Assembly: GCA_964291285.2 (NCBI GenBank)
Contig: OZ219786.1
Location: 960,001 to 1,024,000, forward strand
DNA length: 64,000 nt
Source: Alphaproteobacteria bacterium
Lineage (GTDB): Bacteria; Pseudomonadota; Alphaproteobacteria; Bin95
Reading direction: 5' to 3'
In this document: positions 40,795 through 51,226 of the stretch, in pieces
Position numbering within the stretch: position 1 is the stretch's first letter
Layout: every line of letters begins with the position of its first letter
Position numbers and translations under genes: made by a program
Notes under the pieces: generated by a model
Told to the model about the DNA's origin: nothing
Database searches by the model: none
What the model saw: only the letters and a program-made list of their open reading frames with translations

Positions 40795-42171
40795 CTAACC
40801 CCCACGCTCCGCCAGCATTGCCTCGGCGGCGCGCAGGCCGGTGGCGACGGCCTTGGCGAGGCCGCCCAGATAGGCGGCGCGCGGGCCGCCCTCCATGCCG
40901 CCGGCGGTGGAGCCGGCTGCGAACAGGCCGGGTATCGGCCGCGAATTCCCGTCAAGCGCGCGCGCCTCGCGGTCGATGGTGATCCCGCCCATGCTGTAGG
41001 TGATGCCGGCGGCGGCGCGGATGGCGCGGAAGGGCGGCTCGGCCAACGGCTTCGCCGGGAAGCGGGCGACGGTGCGCGCCGGCTCATGGCGCCCGGCATT
41101 GTGCGCGGCCACGGTTTCCGCCAGCGCCGGCATGGCGAGGGCTTCGGCGAGCCGCTCGATAGTCGGGGCCTCGAATACATGCCCGCCCGCCGCCGGGAAG
41201 CTCGGGTTGAGGGCGGGCGGATAGCGGTTGTCGGCGGCGTCCTCGCGCCAGTGCCGGTCGTCGAAGATGACGGCCGCGCCCTCCGGGTCGTCCAGCCGCG
41301 CGAGTTCGTTCGCCATGAAGACGCCGCCGAGGCCCTCGTCGCAGAAGCGCCGCCCCGCCCCGTCCACCAGCAGCGACACGGCGGCCAGCGCATCCAGCGT
41401 CGGATAGGGCCAGAGCTTCTCGTTGCCGAAGGCGTCGAGCCCCAGCAGATGGCCGTAGAAGCGGTCCATGCCGACCGTCGCCGCGCCCACTTCCGCCGCC
41501 ATGGCGAGGCCGTCGCCCCGTCCCCCGCCCGCGCCGCGCTTGAACAACCGCTCCGGCTGCGGAGAGAGATGGCGGCGGACCAGTTCCGGATTGTCCTGGA
41601 ATCCGCCGTCCGCAATCAGCACGAAGCGCGCCTGCTCCACGCCGGCGGCGGTCCTGACACCCGCAACCCTGCCGCCCTCCACCGCCAGCGCCTCCGCCGG
41701 AGAGCCGAGGCGCAGCACCCCGCCGCGCGCCGCGAGATTGCGCGTGAGCCGGCGCAACAACGCGTCCGGCCCGCGCCCCTTCCAGTCGAGGCCGCCGCGG
41801 CGGCGGCGGGGCGGGGCCATCACCCAGCGCATGAACTCGGGCGCGCCGCCGCGCACGAAGGCCCCGCCTTCGGCGCGCAGCCATGCCAGCACCCTGCCGG
41901 CATCCTCGGCCAGGAGGTCCGCCAGCGCCGTCGCCGGGTCGCCGGCCCCGCCCACAGACTCCGCGACGGATGCGCGGATTTCCTCCGCCGGGCGCGTCAT
42001 GTCCCGGAAGGCCACATGCAGAAGGCCGCCGGCGATGCGCGAGTTGCAGAAATAGTCGGGCTCGGCCCGGCGCTCCATCACCAGCACGGAAAGTCCGCCT
42101 TCCGCGGCCCGGTTGGCGGCAGTCAGCCCCGCAAGGCCGCCGCCCACCACGATAAGGTCCGGCCCGCTCAC
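40795..42171 (-). CDS. FAD-dependent oxidoreductase (TcuA/fumarate reductase flavoprotein-like)
   Basis: VVGGGLAGL, IADGGFQ, TYSMGG, IPGLFAAG. Confidence 0.85.
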   Translation of the reverse strand: MSGPDLIVVGGGLAGLTAANRAAEGGLSVLVMERRAEPDYFCNSRIAGGLLHVAFRDMTRPAEEIRASVAESVGGAGDPATALADLLAEDAGRVLAWLRAEGGAFVRGGAPEFMRWVMAPPRRRRGGLDWKGRGPDALLRRLTRNLAARGGVLRLGSPAEALAVEGGRVAGVRTAAGVEQARFVLIADGGFQDNPELVRRHLSPQPERLFKRGAGGGRGDGLAMAAEVGAATVGMDRFYGHLLGLDAFGNEKLWPYPTLDALAAVSLLVDGAGRRFCDEGLGGVFMANELARLDDPEGAAVIFDDRHWREDAADNRYPPALNPSFPAAGGHVFEAPTIERLAEALAMPALAETVAAHNAGRHEPARTVARFPAKPLAEPPFRAIRAAAGITYSMGGITIDREARALDGNSRPIPGLFAAGSTAGGMEGGPRAAYLGGLAKAVATGLRAAEAMLAERGG

Positions 42172-42395
42172 TCCGGCAGCAGCATGTCGGCGATGATGAC
42201 GGTCAGTTCGACGAGCAGGCGGGTGACGAAGGCAAATGCGATGCCGGCCAGCAGCCCGACCGCCATCCAGAACCAGTGCCAGCCCTCGATCCCGATGCCG
42301 AGAAAGGCGGCCAGCACGGGCAGCGCGCCCGCCGCAGCGACCAGCAGCCGGCCGCGCCTGACCACGAAGCGGACGGTCGGAAAGCGGTCGATCAC
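42168..42395 (-). CDS. Small two-TM membrane protein
   Basis: Two hydrophobic helices ending ELT.IIADMLLPE; 4-nt overlaps with both neighbours. Confidence 0.65.
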   Translation of the reverse strand: MIDRFPTVRFVVRRGRLLVAAAGALPVLAAFLGIGIEGWHWFWMAVGLLAGIAFAFVTRLLVELTVIIADMLLPE

Positions 42396-43630
42396 GCGTC
42401 CAGGCCGTGCGGGAGGAAATCCCAGCCGAAGATCGACTCGGCCGGGCCCGACTCGCCGACAATGGCGATGTCCTCGAGCCACATGCGCTCGCGCCGGTCG
42501 CCCGGATAGTAGATGTGGGTCGCGATCGCCATGCCGGCCGCGACCGCGAAATCGCCGGTGACGGCGCCCTCGGCATCGACCTCCTGGTCGAGATGGCTGA
42601 GGCCGAGGCCGTGGAAGAAGATCAGCGCATCCTCGGCGAGCGAAAGCCCGTGCTTGCGATAGACCGCGCGGCCCGCCGCCTGGAGCGCCGAAATGCGCGC
42701 GCCGGGCACCATGAGGGCCTCGATCTCGGCCATTGCGTCCGCCGTCGCCTGCGCCAGCTTGCGCGCCGCGCCCGCGCCGCCGGAGCCGACGATCCAGGTC
42801 TTGCCGCCGTCCCAGCAATAGCGGTCCTTCGTGCCGTGGCAGTCGAACATGATCCGCATGCCGGCTTCGAGCTCGTAGTCGTCCGACTCCGAGGCGATGA
42901 CAGGCACGGGGCTGTCGGAGCCGTTCGCCAGCACCATCGCGCCCGGATCATGGACGAAACCGCCGCGCGCGAGCGCCGCCGCGTGGTAGGCGGCGCGCAG
43001 ATCCCTCCAGGTCATGCCGGGCGTCCATGCGGCGATGCTTTCCTCGATGGCCGCGCGGTTGACGGCCGTCGCCGCGCGCATGAGGTCCACTTCGGCGGGC
43101 GTCTTGATGCTTCGGGCGGACATCAAGAGGCCGTAGCCGTCCTCGACATCGATGCCGGAGAGGCGCGCCGCCAGCCTCGGCTCGTCCGCCGCGATGCGCT
43201 TGCCGGCAAGGCCGAGATCGGCGACGGCGCGCTCCAGCGCGGCCACCATGTCCGGCGCGTAGCGGTCGGCTGCGGCGGAGAACCAGTTCGGCCGATCCCC
43301 CGGTGCGACGAAGCGGTCGAGGTCCGCCCTGCCGCGGGACGGCTGGTCGAAGGGCAGCAGGATGGCGCGGAAGGGGCGGATATCCTCGATCCAGCACGGC
43401 GCGGCCATGACAGCGCCCAGATAGAAATCGGGCAGCACCATCACAGGCGATTCGGGCGCTTCGCGGGCGAGCAGCACGGCGAGCGGGCGCGGCTCGTCGG
43501 ACTTGTGCGCCGGCAGGTTGAAGCCCGAGAGCCAATAGACATTGTTGGGCGCGGCCGCGAGCACGGCATCGACGCCTCTTCTGTCCATCAGGTGGAGCAG
43601 CCGGTCGAGATTGCAGAAACGTTCGGTCAC
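42392..43630 (-). CDS. M24 (Xaa-Pro peptidase-like) family protein
   Basis: NVYWLS, RSIKTPAEV, FDC/CWDGGKT, HGLGL, LED. Confidence 0.8.
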   Translation of the reverse strand: MTERFCNLDRLLHLMDRRGVDAVLAAAPNNVYWLSGFNLPAHKSDEPRPLAVLLAREAPESPVMVLPDFYLGAVMAAPCWIEDIRPFRAILLPFDQPSRGRADLDRFVAPGDRPNWFSAAADRYAPDMVAALERAVADLGLAGKRIAADEPRLAARLSGIDVEDGYGLLMSARSIKTPAEVDLMRAATAVNRAAIEESIAAWTPGMTWRDLRAAYHAAALARGGFVHDPGAMVLANGSDSPVPVIASESDDYELEAGMRIMFDCHGTKDRYCWDGGKTWIVGSGGAGAARKLAQATADAMAEIEALMVPGARISALQAAGRAVYRKHGLSLAEDALIFFHGLGLSHLDQEVDAEGAVTGDFAVAAGMAIATHIYYPGDRRERMWLEDIAIVGESGPAESIFGWDFLPHGLDA

Positions 43631-43650
43631 CGGCGCGTCTCCCGCCCGTC

Positions 43651-44535
43651 TCAGGCGACGTCCTCATACTGATCGAAGAACCGGCCCGTGAGCGTCTTCT
43701 GGTTCTCGTAGATCGAGCCCTGCTTCGGCGCGACCGGCAGCGGCATGCGCACCGGCGCGGGCTCGAGGCGCGGCTCCAGGGTGGGCCTGCCCCGGCAGAT
43801 GCGCTTGTCGAACTCTTCGAGCGTCGCGCCTTCCAGACCCATCAGCGGCCAGGCGTCGGCGGCGAAATAGCTGTAGAGCAGGAGCCGGCGCGGGCGGTTC
43901 GAGCGGTTGAGCGCCGAGCCGTGGACGGCGCGCACATGGTGCAGGGTGAAGGTGCCCGCCGGGCCCGCCATCTCCGCCGCCCGCTCATGGCCGACATCGT
44001 GGAGCCCGGGGTCGATGCCGCCGCAGAACGCGCCGCCGCTGTGGTGGTCGAAGACGGGCCCCCGGTGCGAGCCCGGCACCGCCATCATCGGGCCGTTGTC
44101 CTCGCCGACATCGTCCAGATAGATGCCGAGCGCCAGGCCCGTGTCGTTGGTGTGGGGGTAGAAGGCCCAGTCCTGGTGCCACTCCACCGCCGCGCCGAAA
44201 CGCGCGGACTTCATGTTGAGCTTGCTGTTGTGGATGCGGATATCGGGGCCGAGCAGCGGCTCGACCGCATCCAGCACCGCGGCCGAGCGCATCAGCCGGT
44301 CGAAGAACGGCCAGTGCTCGAACGGGGTCTTCAGCCGCCGGACGCGCGGCGCACCGGGCCGGTGGCTGTCCTCGAGGTCGTAGCGCGCATCCGACGCCTC
44401 AAGGCCCCGCGCCCCCTCGGTCGCAAGGTTGGCCTCCCGCTGGAGCTCCGCCAGAAGGTCCGCCGGCAAGGCCGCCGGCAGCACGAGATAGCCCGTTTCC
44501 CAGAAGCGCTCGATCTGCTGCCGCGTAAGCGTCAT
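43651..44535 (-). CDS. Phytanoyl-CoA dioxygenase (PhyH) family
   Basis: F.ETGY, WHQDW, PGSH, HGS..N.S. Confidence 0.9.
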   Translation of the reverse strand: MTLTRQQIERFWETGYLVLPAALPADLLAELQREANLATEGARGLEASDARYDLEDSHRPGAPRVRRLKTPFEHWPFFDRLMRSAAVLDAVEPLLGPDIRIHNSKLNMKSARFGAAVEWHQDWAFYPHTNDTGLALGIYLDDVGEDNGPMMAVPGSHRGPVFDHHSGGAFCGGIDPGLHDVGHERAAEMAGPAGTFTLHHVRAVHGSALNRSNRPRRLLLYSYFAADAWPLMGLEGATLEEFDKRICRGRPTLEPRLEPAPVRMPLPVAPKQGSIYENQKTLTGRFFDQYEDVA

Positions 44536-44760
44536 GGCGCCCGCCTCCCCTGCCCTCAGGCTCCGCGCCCCCGGCCGCGCCGGGAGCCGCGCAAGCCTAA
44601 CCTGCCGGCACAGGCCTGCCTATCCCGCAAATTCAACCGACGCAGACGCCCGGCCGCTCCCCGGCAGGCACCCGCCATAGAGGTGAAGATTGACCTTGGC
44701 GCGCCCGGTGTCCATGCTGGCGGCAATCCCGTATCCGCCCGAAATTAGGCCGTCCGCCCC

Positions 44761-45576
44761 ATGCGTCTCTTCCTCTTCGCGCTCGCGGCCGTCCTGGTCC
44801 CGGCGCTCGCTCCCGCCCAGACCGGCGACCCGGTGGTCGCCAAGGTGAACGGAGAGCCGGTTTACCAGTCGGACGTGAACCGGCAGGCGGCCGAGATCGC
44901 GCCGACCATGCAGGGCGCGCCGCCCTCCCTCATCCGCCGCACGGCCCGCCAGCGCGTGATCGAAAGCCTGCTGATCCACGCCGCCGCCGAAGCCGCGGGA
45001 TTCGACCGGCGGCCGGACTTCCAGCGCCAGCTCGCCCAGCAGCGCCGCACGCTGCTGACCCAGTACTACATGCTCAGCTACCTGCAGGAACGGATCGACG
45101 ATGCCAGGATAAGGGCGCTCTACAAGGAGAGCTATCCGGACGGCAAAGGCAGGGTGGAAATCCACGCAAGCCATATCCTGGTCGCGGACGAGGATGCTGC
45201 ACGCGCGGTCATCGCCGAACTCGACAAGGGCGGCGATTTCACCGCGCTCGCGGAACAACATTCCATCGGCCCCACCAAGTCGCGCGGCGGGGACCTCGGC
45301 ACGTTCGGCAAGGGCAGCATGGTGCCGGCCTTCGAGAAGGCGGCGCTGGCGCTCAAGCCGGGCGCCTACAGCAAGGAGCCGGTCAAGACCCGGTTCGGCT
45401 GGCATGTCATCCTGCTTCACAGTGCCGAACGCCCGCCGGCGCCGGACTTCACCCAGGTGCGGGGCCCGCTCGCGCGCCAGCTCAGCGAGCAGATCCTCCA
45501 GGAGCATCTGGACGAGTTGCGCGCCGGCGCCCGGATCGAATTCCTCAATGCCGACGGAACGGCGGACTCCCAATGA
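44761..45576 (+). CDS. Parvulin-type peptidyl-prolyl isomerase
   Basis: Signal peptide, ASHILV, GGDLG, MVPAFE, TRFGWHVI; upstream of argJ. Confidence 0.9.
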   Translation: MRLFLFALAAVLVPALAPAQTGDPVVAKVNGEPVYQSDVNRQAAEIAPTMQGAPPSLIRRTARQRVIESLLIHAAAEAAGFDRRPDFQRQLAQQRRTLLTQYYMLSYLQERIDDARIRALYKESYPDGKGRVEIHASHILVADEDAARAVIAELDKGGDFTALAEQHSIGPTKSRGGDLGTFGKGSMVPAFEKAALALKPGAYSKEPVKTRFGWHVILLHSAERPPAPDFTQVRGPLARQLSEQILQEHLDELRAGARIEFLNADGTADSQ

Positions 45577-46796
45577 ACACGGTTTCTCCCCTGGCGCCCG
45601 AGCGCTTTCCCGACATGCCGGCGATCGGCGGCGTCCGCACGGCGACCGTCGAGGCCGGCATCCGCTACAAGGGCCGCGACGACCTGCTGCTGGTCGAGCT
45701 TGCGCCCGGCACGGCGATCGCCGGCGCGCTGACCCGCTCGCTCACCGCCTCGGCGCCGGTCGAGTGGTGCCGCGAGGCGCTGGCCGGCGGGCGGGCGCGG
45801 GCCGTCGTGGTGAATTCCGGCAATGCCAATGCCTTCACGGGCCGGCTGGGCCAAGCCGCGGTGGAGCAAACCGTGGCGGCTGCGGCGCGAGGGCTCGGAT
45901 GCGCGGAAGCCGAGGTCTTCGTCTCCTCGACGGGCGTGATCGGCGAGCCCCTGCCGGCCGAAAGCACCATCGTCGAGAAGCTGCCGGGGCTGGTCCGGGC
46001 GCTTTCGTCCGGCGCATGGGAAGGCGCCGCACGCGCCATCATGACCACCGACACCTTCCCCAAGGGCGCCTCGGCGACCGCAAGGATCGGCGGCAGGACG
46101 GTGACCATTGCCGGCATCGCCAAGGGCTCCGGCATGATCGCGCCGGACATGGCGACCATGCTCGCCTATGTCTTCACCGATGCGGCGGTGCCGCCCGGCC
46201 TGCTGCAGAGGCTCACGAGCCGGGCCGTGGAGCGCAGCTTCAACGCCATCACCGTGGACAGCGACACCTCGACCAGCGACACGGTGCTGGTCGCGGCAAC
46301 CGGCGCCGCCGGCAATCCGGAGCCCGACGCCGCCATGCTGCGCGGCTTCGCCCGGGCGCTCGAAGCGGTCTGCCGCGACCTTGCACACCAGATCGTCCGC
46401 GACGGCGAGGGGGCCTCCAAGTTCGTGGAGATCGCCGTGTCCGGCGCGGCATCCGCCCGCGCCGCGAAGCGCATCGGTCTCGCCATCGCAAACTCGCCGC
46501 TGGTGAAGACCGCCATTGCCGGCGAGGACGCCAATTGGGGCCGGATCGTGATGGCGGTCGGCAAGGCCGGCGAGAAGGCGGACCGCGACGCGCTCCGCAT
46601 CGCCATCGGCGGGGTGGAGATCACCCGCGGCGGCCATGTGGTGCCGGACTATGACGAGACCCCCGTCGCCCGGCACATGCAGGGGCAGGACATCGCCGTC
46701 GCGGTCGATGTCGGCGTCGGCCGCGGCAAGGCCACGGTGTGGACCTGCGACCTGACCCACGGCTATATCGACATCAACGGGTCCTACCGCTCTTGA
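45573..46796 (+). CDS. argJ: Ornithine acetyltransferase / N-acetylglutamate synthase
   Basis: NSGNANA, STGVIGE, IMTTDT, KGSGMIAPDMATML, DTSTSD, RDGEGA, TCDL. Confidence 0.97.
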   Translation: MNTVSPLAPERFPDMPAIGGVRTATVEAGIRYKGRDDLLLVELAPGTAIAGALTRSLTASAPVEWCREALAGGRARAVVVNSGNANAFTGRLGQAAVEQTVAAAARGLGCAEAEVFVSSTGVIGEPLPAESTIVEKLPGLVRALSSGAWEGAARAIMTTDTFPKGASATARIGGRTVTIAGIAKGSGMIAPDMATMLAYVFTDAAVPPGLLQRLTSRAVERSFNAITVDSDTSTSDTVLVAATGAAGNPEPDAAMLRGFARALEAVCRDLAHQIVRDGEGASKFVEIAVSGAASARAAKRIGLAIANSPLVKTAIAGEDANWGRIVMAVGKAGEKADRDALRIAIGGVEITRGGHVVPDYDETPVARHMQGQDIAVAVDVGVGRGKATVWTCDLTHGYIDINGSYRS

Positions 46797-47194
46797 GCCG
46801 TGTGCTGCTGGTCGTCGCCGCCGCCCTGGTGGACCGCGACGGGCGCGTACTTCTGGCCCAACGCCCCGAGGGCAAGGCGATGGCCGGGCTCTGGGAGTTT
46901 CCCGGCGGCAAGCCCGCGCCCGGCGAAACGCCCGAAGCGGCGCTCCTGCGCGAGCTCAAGGAAGAGCTCGATATCGACACGGACGCATCCTGCCTCGCCC
47001 CGCTCACCTTCGCGAGCCACGCCTATGCCGATTTCCACCTGTTGATGCCGCTTTATGTGTGCCGCGTCTGGCAGGGCGTGCCCCGGCCGAGGGAGGGCCA
47101 GCACCTCGCCTGGGTCCGGCCGCGCGAGATGCGCGACTGGCCGATGCCGCCGGCCGACCGGCCGCTGGTGGCTATGTTGCGCGACCTGCTCTGA
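46793..47194 (+). CDS. mutT: 8-oxo-dGTP diphosphatase (Nudix)
   Basis: WEFPGGK...ETPE.AL.RELKEEL, MPPAD; argJ-mutT synteny. Confidence 0.88.
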   Translation: MSRVLLVVAAALVDRDGRVLLAQRPEGKAMAGLWEFPGGKPAPGETPEAALLRELKEELDIDTDASCLAPLTFASHAYADFHLLMPLYVCRVWQGVPRPREGQHLAWVRPREMRDWPMPPADRPLVAMLRDLL

Positions 47195-48140
47195 GGGGGT
47201 CCGCGGCGCCGCCTGCCAGCAGCCTGCGCGCGGTGTCGCAATCGGCGGCGATCTGCACCTTCAGCGAGTCGAGGCCGTCGAAGCGCCGTTCCGGGCGGAT
47301 GAAGTCCAGCATCCGCACGCGCAGCATCCGGTCGTAAATGTCGTTCGAGAAGTCGAAGACATGCACCTCGAAGGCGAGCCTCTCCCCGTCCACCGTCGGG
47401 CGGACGCCGAGATTGGCGACGGCATCCCGCCATACCCAGCCGCCCTCCTCTTCCAGCCCGGCGCTGACGGCATAGACGCCGCGGGCCGGCTCCAGCAGGT
47501 CGCCGAGGCCGAGATTGGCCGTGGGAAACCCGATGGTCCGCCCGAGCCGCTTGCCGGTCTCGACCCGGCCCACGATCTCCCAGGGATGGCCCAGCAGGCG
47601 CGCAGCCTCGACGGGGCGCCCTTCCGCCAGGTGCTCGCGCACCCGCGTCGAGGAAAAGCCGATGCCGTCCGGCGCAATCACGTCCGGCATGACAGTGACG
47701 GCAAAGCCGCAGTCCCGGCCCAATGCCGCCAGGTCCTCGGGCCTGCCGGTCCGCCCCTTGCCGAAGCGGAAGTCGTCGCCGACGACGGCATGGGAAATGC
47801 CAAGTCCCCCGGCCAGCACGTCGCGGGCGAAGGACCCGGGCGAGCGCACCGCCATCGCCTCGTCGAATTCCAGCACGAAGACCAGGTCGAGGCCGAGCGG
47901 CTCCAGCTGGTAGATCTTGCCCTCGAACGACGTCAGCCGGAATGGCGGGTCGTTCGGACGGAAATAGCTGCGCGGATGGGGCTCGAAGGTGACGGCGGCA
48001 AGCGGGGTTTCGCCGGCGATCTCCCGGCAGGCCTCGAACACAGCGCGGTGGCCGCCATGCACGCCGTCGAAATTGCCGAGCGCTGCGACCGCACCCCGCG
48101 CGTCGTCGGGCAGGCCGGAGAATTGCCTGAAAACCCGCAT
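47172..48140 (-). CDS. ribF: Riboflavin kinase / FAD synthetase
   Basis: GNFDGVH.GH, TFEPHP, SSTRVR, GRTIGFPTAN, GVRPT. Confidence 0.95.
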   Translation of the reverse strand: MRVFRQFSGLPDDARGAVAALGNFDGVHGGHRAVFEACREIAGETPLAAVTFEPHPRSYFRPNDPPFRLTSFEGKIYQLEPLGLDLVFVLEFDEAMAVRSPGSFARDVLAGGLGISHAVVGDDFRFGKGRTGRPEDLAALGRDCGFAVTVMPDVIAPDGIGFSSTRVREHLAEGRPVEAARLLGHPWEIVGRVETGKRLGRTIGFPTANLGLGDLLEPARGVYAVSAGLEEEGGWVWRDAVANLGVRPTVDGERLAFEVHVFDFSNDIYDRMLRVRMLDFIRPERRFDGLDSLKVQIAADCDTARRLLAGGAADPLRAGRAT

Positions 48141-48347
48141 CTGGCCTCAGCCGGCGGCAGGACGGAACGGGGGCGCGGAACCGGAGGACATCGAGGCGGC
48201 GACGGGTAGCGGAGATGCTCTCTATAGCCGAGCGCCGGCTTCTGCGAAAGGCCGGCCTTCTCCCGGCGGCAGGTCGTCGGGAGGGCCTGCGGGGCTTGCT
48301 TTCAGCCTCGTTCTTGCCGGAAAATGGCGCTTCGGGAGCACAGCAAA

Positions 48348-48740
48348 ATGTATGAGAAGACGACAGCCAGGGTGCGTGTGCGCGTACGGCCGGAATATCT
48401 GGAGGGCCACTCCGATCCGTCGGAAGGGCGCTATTTCTGGGCCTATCACATCGAGATCGCCAATGAAGGCGATAGCACCGTGCAACTGGTCTCGCGCTAC
48501 TGGCGGATCACCGATGCATTCGGCCGCGCCGAGGAGGTGCGCGGCCCCGGCGTCGTCGGCAAGCAGCCCGTGCTGAAGCCGGGCGAAAGCTTCTCCTATT
48601 CCAGCGGCGCGCCGCTGCCGACGGCCTCCGGCTTCATGGTCGGGCGCTACCAGATGGTGCGCGAGGACGGCGAAGGCTTCGAGATAGACATTCCGGCCTT
48701 CTCACTCGACAGCCCGTGGTCCTCGGAGTCGATCCACTGA
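48348..48740 (+). CDS. apaG: ApaG protein
   Basis: WAYHI.I.N, QL.SRYW.ITD, GPGVVG.QP, M.G.Y, IPAFSL. Confidence 0.93.
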   Translation: MYEKTTARVRVRVRPEYLEGHSDPSEGRYFWAYHIEIANEGDSTVQLVSRYWRITDAFGRAEEVRGPGVVGKQPVLKPGESFSYSSGAPLPTASGFMVGRYQMVREDGEGFEIDIPAFSLDSPWSSESIH

Positions 48741-48756
48741 GCAGCGGCTCTCTTCC

Positions 48757-50226
48757 ATGATCGACGTCCGGCCGGTCTTTTTCATTATCGGCTGGCTCCT
48801 GGTCATGCTGGCGGGAGCCATGCTGCTGCCCGCCGCAGTCGAATACGGCCGGGCCGAATCGGAATCGACCGTCTTCCTGATCAGCGGGGCGATCACTCTC
48901 TTCGTCGGCGGGCTTCTGGTCGCCGTCTGCCGCTCCGTCAGGCCGAATTCACAGCTGCACCGCTATCTCACCCTCAGGCAGTCCTTCCTGATGGCGGTGT
49001 TGAGCTGGGTGGTGCTCGCGGCATTCGCGGCGCTGCCGCTGCTGCTGCTTTCGGATATCGACCTGAGCGTGACGGATGCGATGTTCGAGGCGGTTTCGGG
49101 CATCACGACCACCGGCTCGACCGTACTCAGCGGCCTCGACGGCATGGCTCCCGGCATCCTGCTCTGGCGGGCCCTGCTGCAGTGGCTAGGCGGCATGGGC
49201 ATCATCGTGACCGCGATCGCGGTCTCCCCCCTGCTCAGGGTAGGCGGCATGCAGATTTTCCGGATCGAATCGAGCGACCGGTCCGAAAAGGTGCTGCCGC
49301 GGGCCGCGCAGATCGCAGGCCATATCGGCGTCATCTACCTGGTCATGACCGCCGTGCTGGCCGGCGCGCTGACGTTTGCCGGCCTCAGCCTGTTCGATGC
49401 CGTCGTTCATGCCATGACCACCATCGCGACCGGCGGCTTCTCGACCATGGACGGCTCCGTCGGCGCGTTCGCCAATCCGACGGTGGAATGGATCGTCATC
49501 GCGGGCATGGTCTCGGGCTCGCTGCCCTTTGTGCTCTATATCCAGCTCATGCGCGGGCGGCGGGGGCGGCTGCTGGCCGACAGCCAGGTCCAGGCCTTCC
49601 TCGGCATACTGGGCATCTCGATTGCCGTTCTCACCGCGGCCCATGCGCTGGTGAATTCCGTGGAACCGTTCGAGGCGCTCCGGCAGGTGGCCTTCAACGC
49701 CACCTCCTACATGACCGGAACCGGCTATGTGACGACCGATTTTTCCATGTGGGGCGGTTTCGCGCCGGCCGCCCTGTTCTGCCTCATGTTCATCGGCGGC
49801 TGCGCCGGCTCGACGACCTGCGGCATCAAGGTGTTCCGCCTCCAGGTCCTGTTTGCCGAGGCCCGCGCGCAGATCGGCCGGCTGCTCCACCCCCACGGCG
49901 TCTATGTTCCCCATTACGCCGGCAAGCCGATCCCGGCGGCGGTGGCCGCCTCGGTGACGAGCTTCGTGTTCCTCTTCATCGCCTCTTTCGCCGTGATTAC
50001 CGTGGCGCTTGGCATTGCGGGCCTCGACCTGGAGACGGCCGTCTCCGGCGCCGCGACGGCCATCTCGAATGTCGGCCCCGGCCTCGGCGAGACCATCGGC
50101 CCGATGGGCAATTTCTCGACGCTCAACGATCCCGCCAAATGGGTGCTGATCTGCGGCATGCTCCTCGGCCGCCTCGAAGTGCTGAGCGTCCTCCTCCTCT
50201 TCACCCCCGGCTTCTGGCGGTCGTGA
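48757..50226 (+). CDS. trkH: Trk-type K+ uptake membrane protein
   Basis: FEAVSG.TTTG, QWLGGMG, ATGGFS, GGCAGST.GIK, NVGPG, GRLE. Confidence 0.94.
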   Translation: MIDVRPVFFIIGWLLVMLAGAMLLPAAVEYGRAESESTVFLISGAITLFVGGLLVAVCRSVRPNSQLHRYLTLRQSFLMAVLSWVVLAAFAALPLLLLSDIDLSVTDAMFEAVSGITTTGSTVLSGLDGMAPGILLWRALLQWLGGMGIIVTAIAVSPLLRVGGMQIFRIESSDRSEKVLPRAAQIAGHIGVIYLVMTAVLAGALTFAGLSLFDAVVHAMTTIATGGFSTMDGSVGAFANPTVEWIVIAGMVSGSLPFVLYIQLMRGRRGRLLADSQVQAFLGILGISIAVLTAAHALVNSVEPFEALRQVAFNATSYMTGTGYVTTDFSMWGGFAPAALFCLMFIGGCAGSTTCGIKVFRLQVLFAEARAQIGRLLHPHGVYVPHYAGKPIPAAVAASVTSFVFLFIASFAVITVALGIAGLDLETAVSGAATAISNVGPGLGETIGPMGNFSTLNDPAKWVLICGMLLGRLEVLSVLLLFTPGFWRS

Positions 50227-50299
50227 GGGAGCCCCGCCCGCTTTACGGGGGCGGAAACATCTATAGCCTTGGCGGGGCGCGTGCGCGGGGAGGAAGGCG

Positions 50300-51193
50300 A
50301 TGGCGTTCGAAATCGTTCCGAGCGGGGATGCGCTCGGGGCCGAAGTCCGGGGCGTGGACCTGTCCCGGCCGCTGGATGCGGAAGCGCTGGAGCGGGCCTG
50401 GTCGGACCATCTGGTGCTGCTCTTCCGCGGCCAGAAACTCGCCGACGAGGACCTGCTGGCGCTGGCCGAAGCGATGGGCGGGGCCCAGGAGGCGGGCTCG
50501 CGCTCGTACTACCTCAAGGGCGGCTACGGCGTGGAGACCGGGCGCGTCAGCAGCTTGCCCGGCATTTCCATCGTCTCCAACCTCGACGAAACCGGCAAGC
50601 CGGCGAAACGCCATGCCGGCACGGGCAGCCAGGAGCTCACCTGGCACACCGACAACTCCTATGTCGAGCAGCCGCCCAAGGGCTCGATCCTCTACGCGCA
50701 TAAGGTGCCGGTGGACGGCGGCGGCGACACCTCCTTCGCCAACCAGTACGCCGCCTATGAGCGCCTGCCCGAAGCGACCCGCCGCCGGCTTCCGGGCCTC
50801 ACCGTCCGGCACGACTCCTCGCGCAACACGGCCGGCGGCCTGCGCCCCACCGTCACCGCCCCCGCCTCGCGCGCCGAGGTGCCCGGCCCGGTCCACCCGC
50901 TGCTGCGCCGCCATCCGGTCACCGGCCGCGCGGCGCTCTATCTCGGGCGCCGCTACAAGGCGCCGTCGAGCCATATCGTCGAACTGGACGAAGCGGAGAG
51001 CGAGGCGTTGCTGGACGAGCTCTGGGCGGCCGCAACCGACCCGGGGATCATCTGGACCCATGTCTGGCGGCCGGGCGACGTGCTGATCTGGGACAATCGC
51101 TGCACCATGCACAGCCGCACCGAAGTCGATCCCACCCAGCCGCGCGTGCTGCACCGGACGCTCATCCGCGGAGAGCGACCGCTGGCGGCCTGA
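50300..51193 (+). CDS. TauD/TfdA family Fe(II)/2OG dioxygenase
   Basis: WHTDNS, GGDT.FAN, HPVTGR, IWDNRCTMH, LHRT. Confidence 0.92.
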   Translation: MAFEIVPSGDALGAEVRGVDLSRPLDAEALERAWSDHLVLLFRGQKLADEDLLALAEAMGGAQEAGSRSYYLKGGYGVETGRVSSLPGISIVSNLDETGKPAKRHAGTGSQELTWHTDNSYVEQPPKGSILYAHKVPVDGGGDTSFANQYAAYERLPEATRRRLPGLTVRHDSSRNTAGGLRPTVTAPASRAEVPGPVHPLLRRHPVTGRAALYLGRRYKAPSSHIVELDEAESEALLDELWAAATDPGIIWTHVWRPGDVLIWDNRCTMHSRTEVDPTQPRVLHRTLIRGERPLAA

Positions 51194-51226
51194 CACTGGC
51201 TCCCGGCTGGCAGAGGAGCCGGAATC

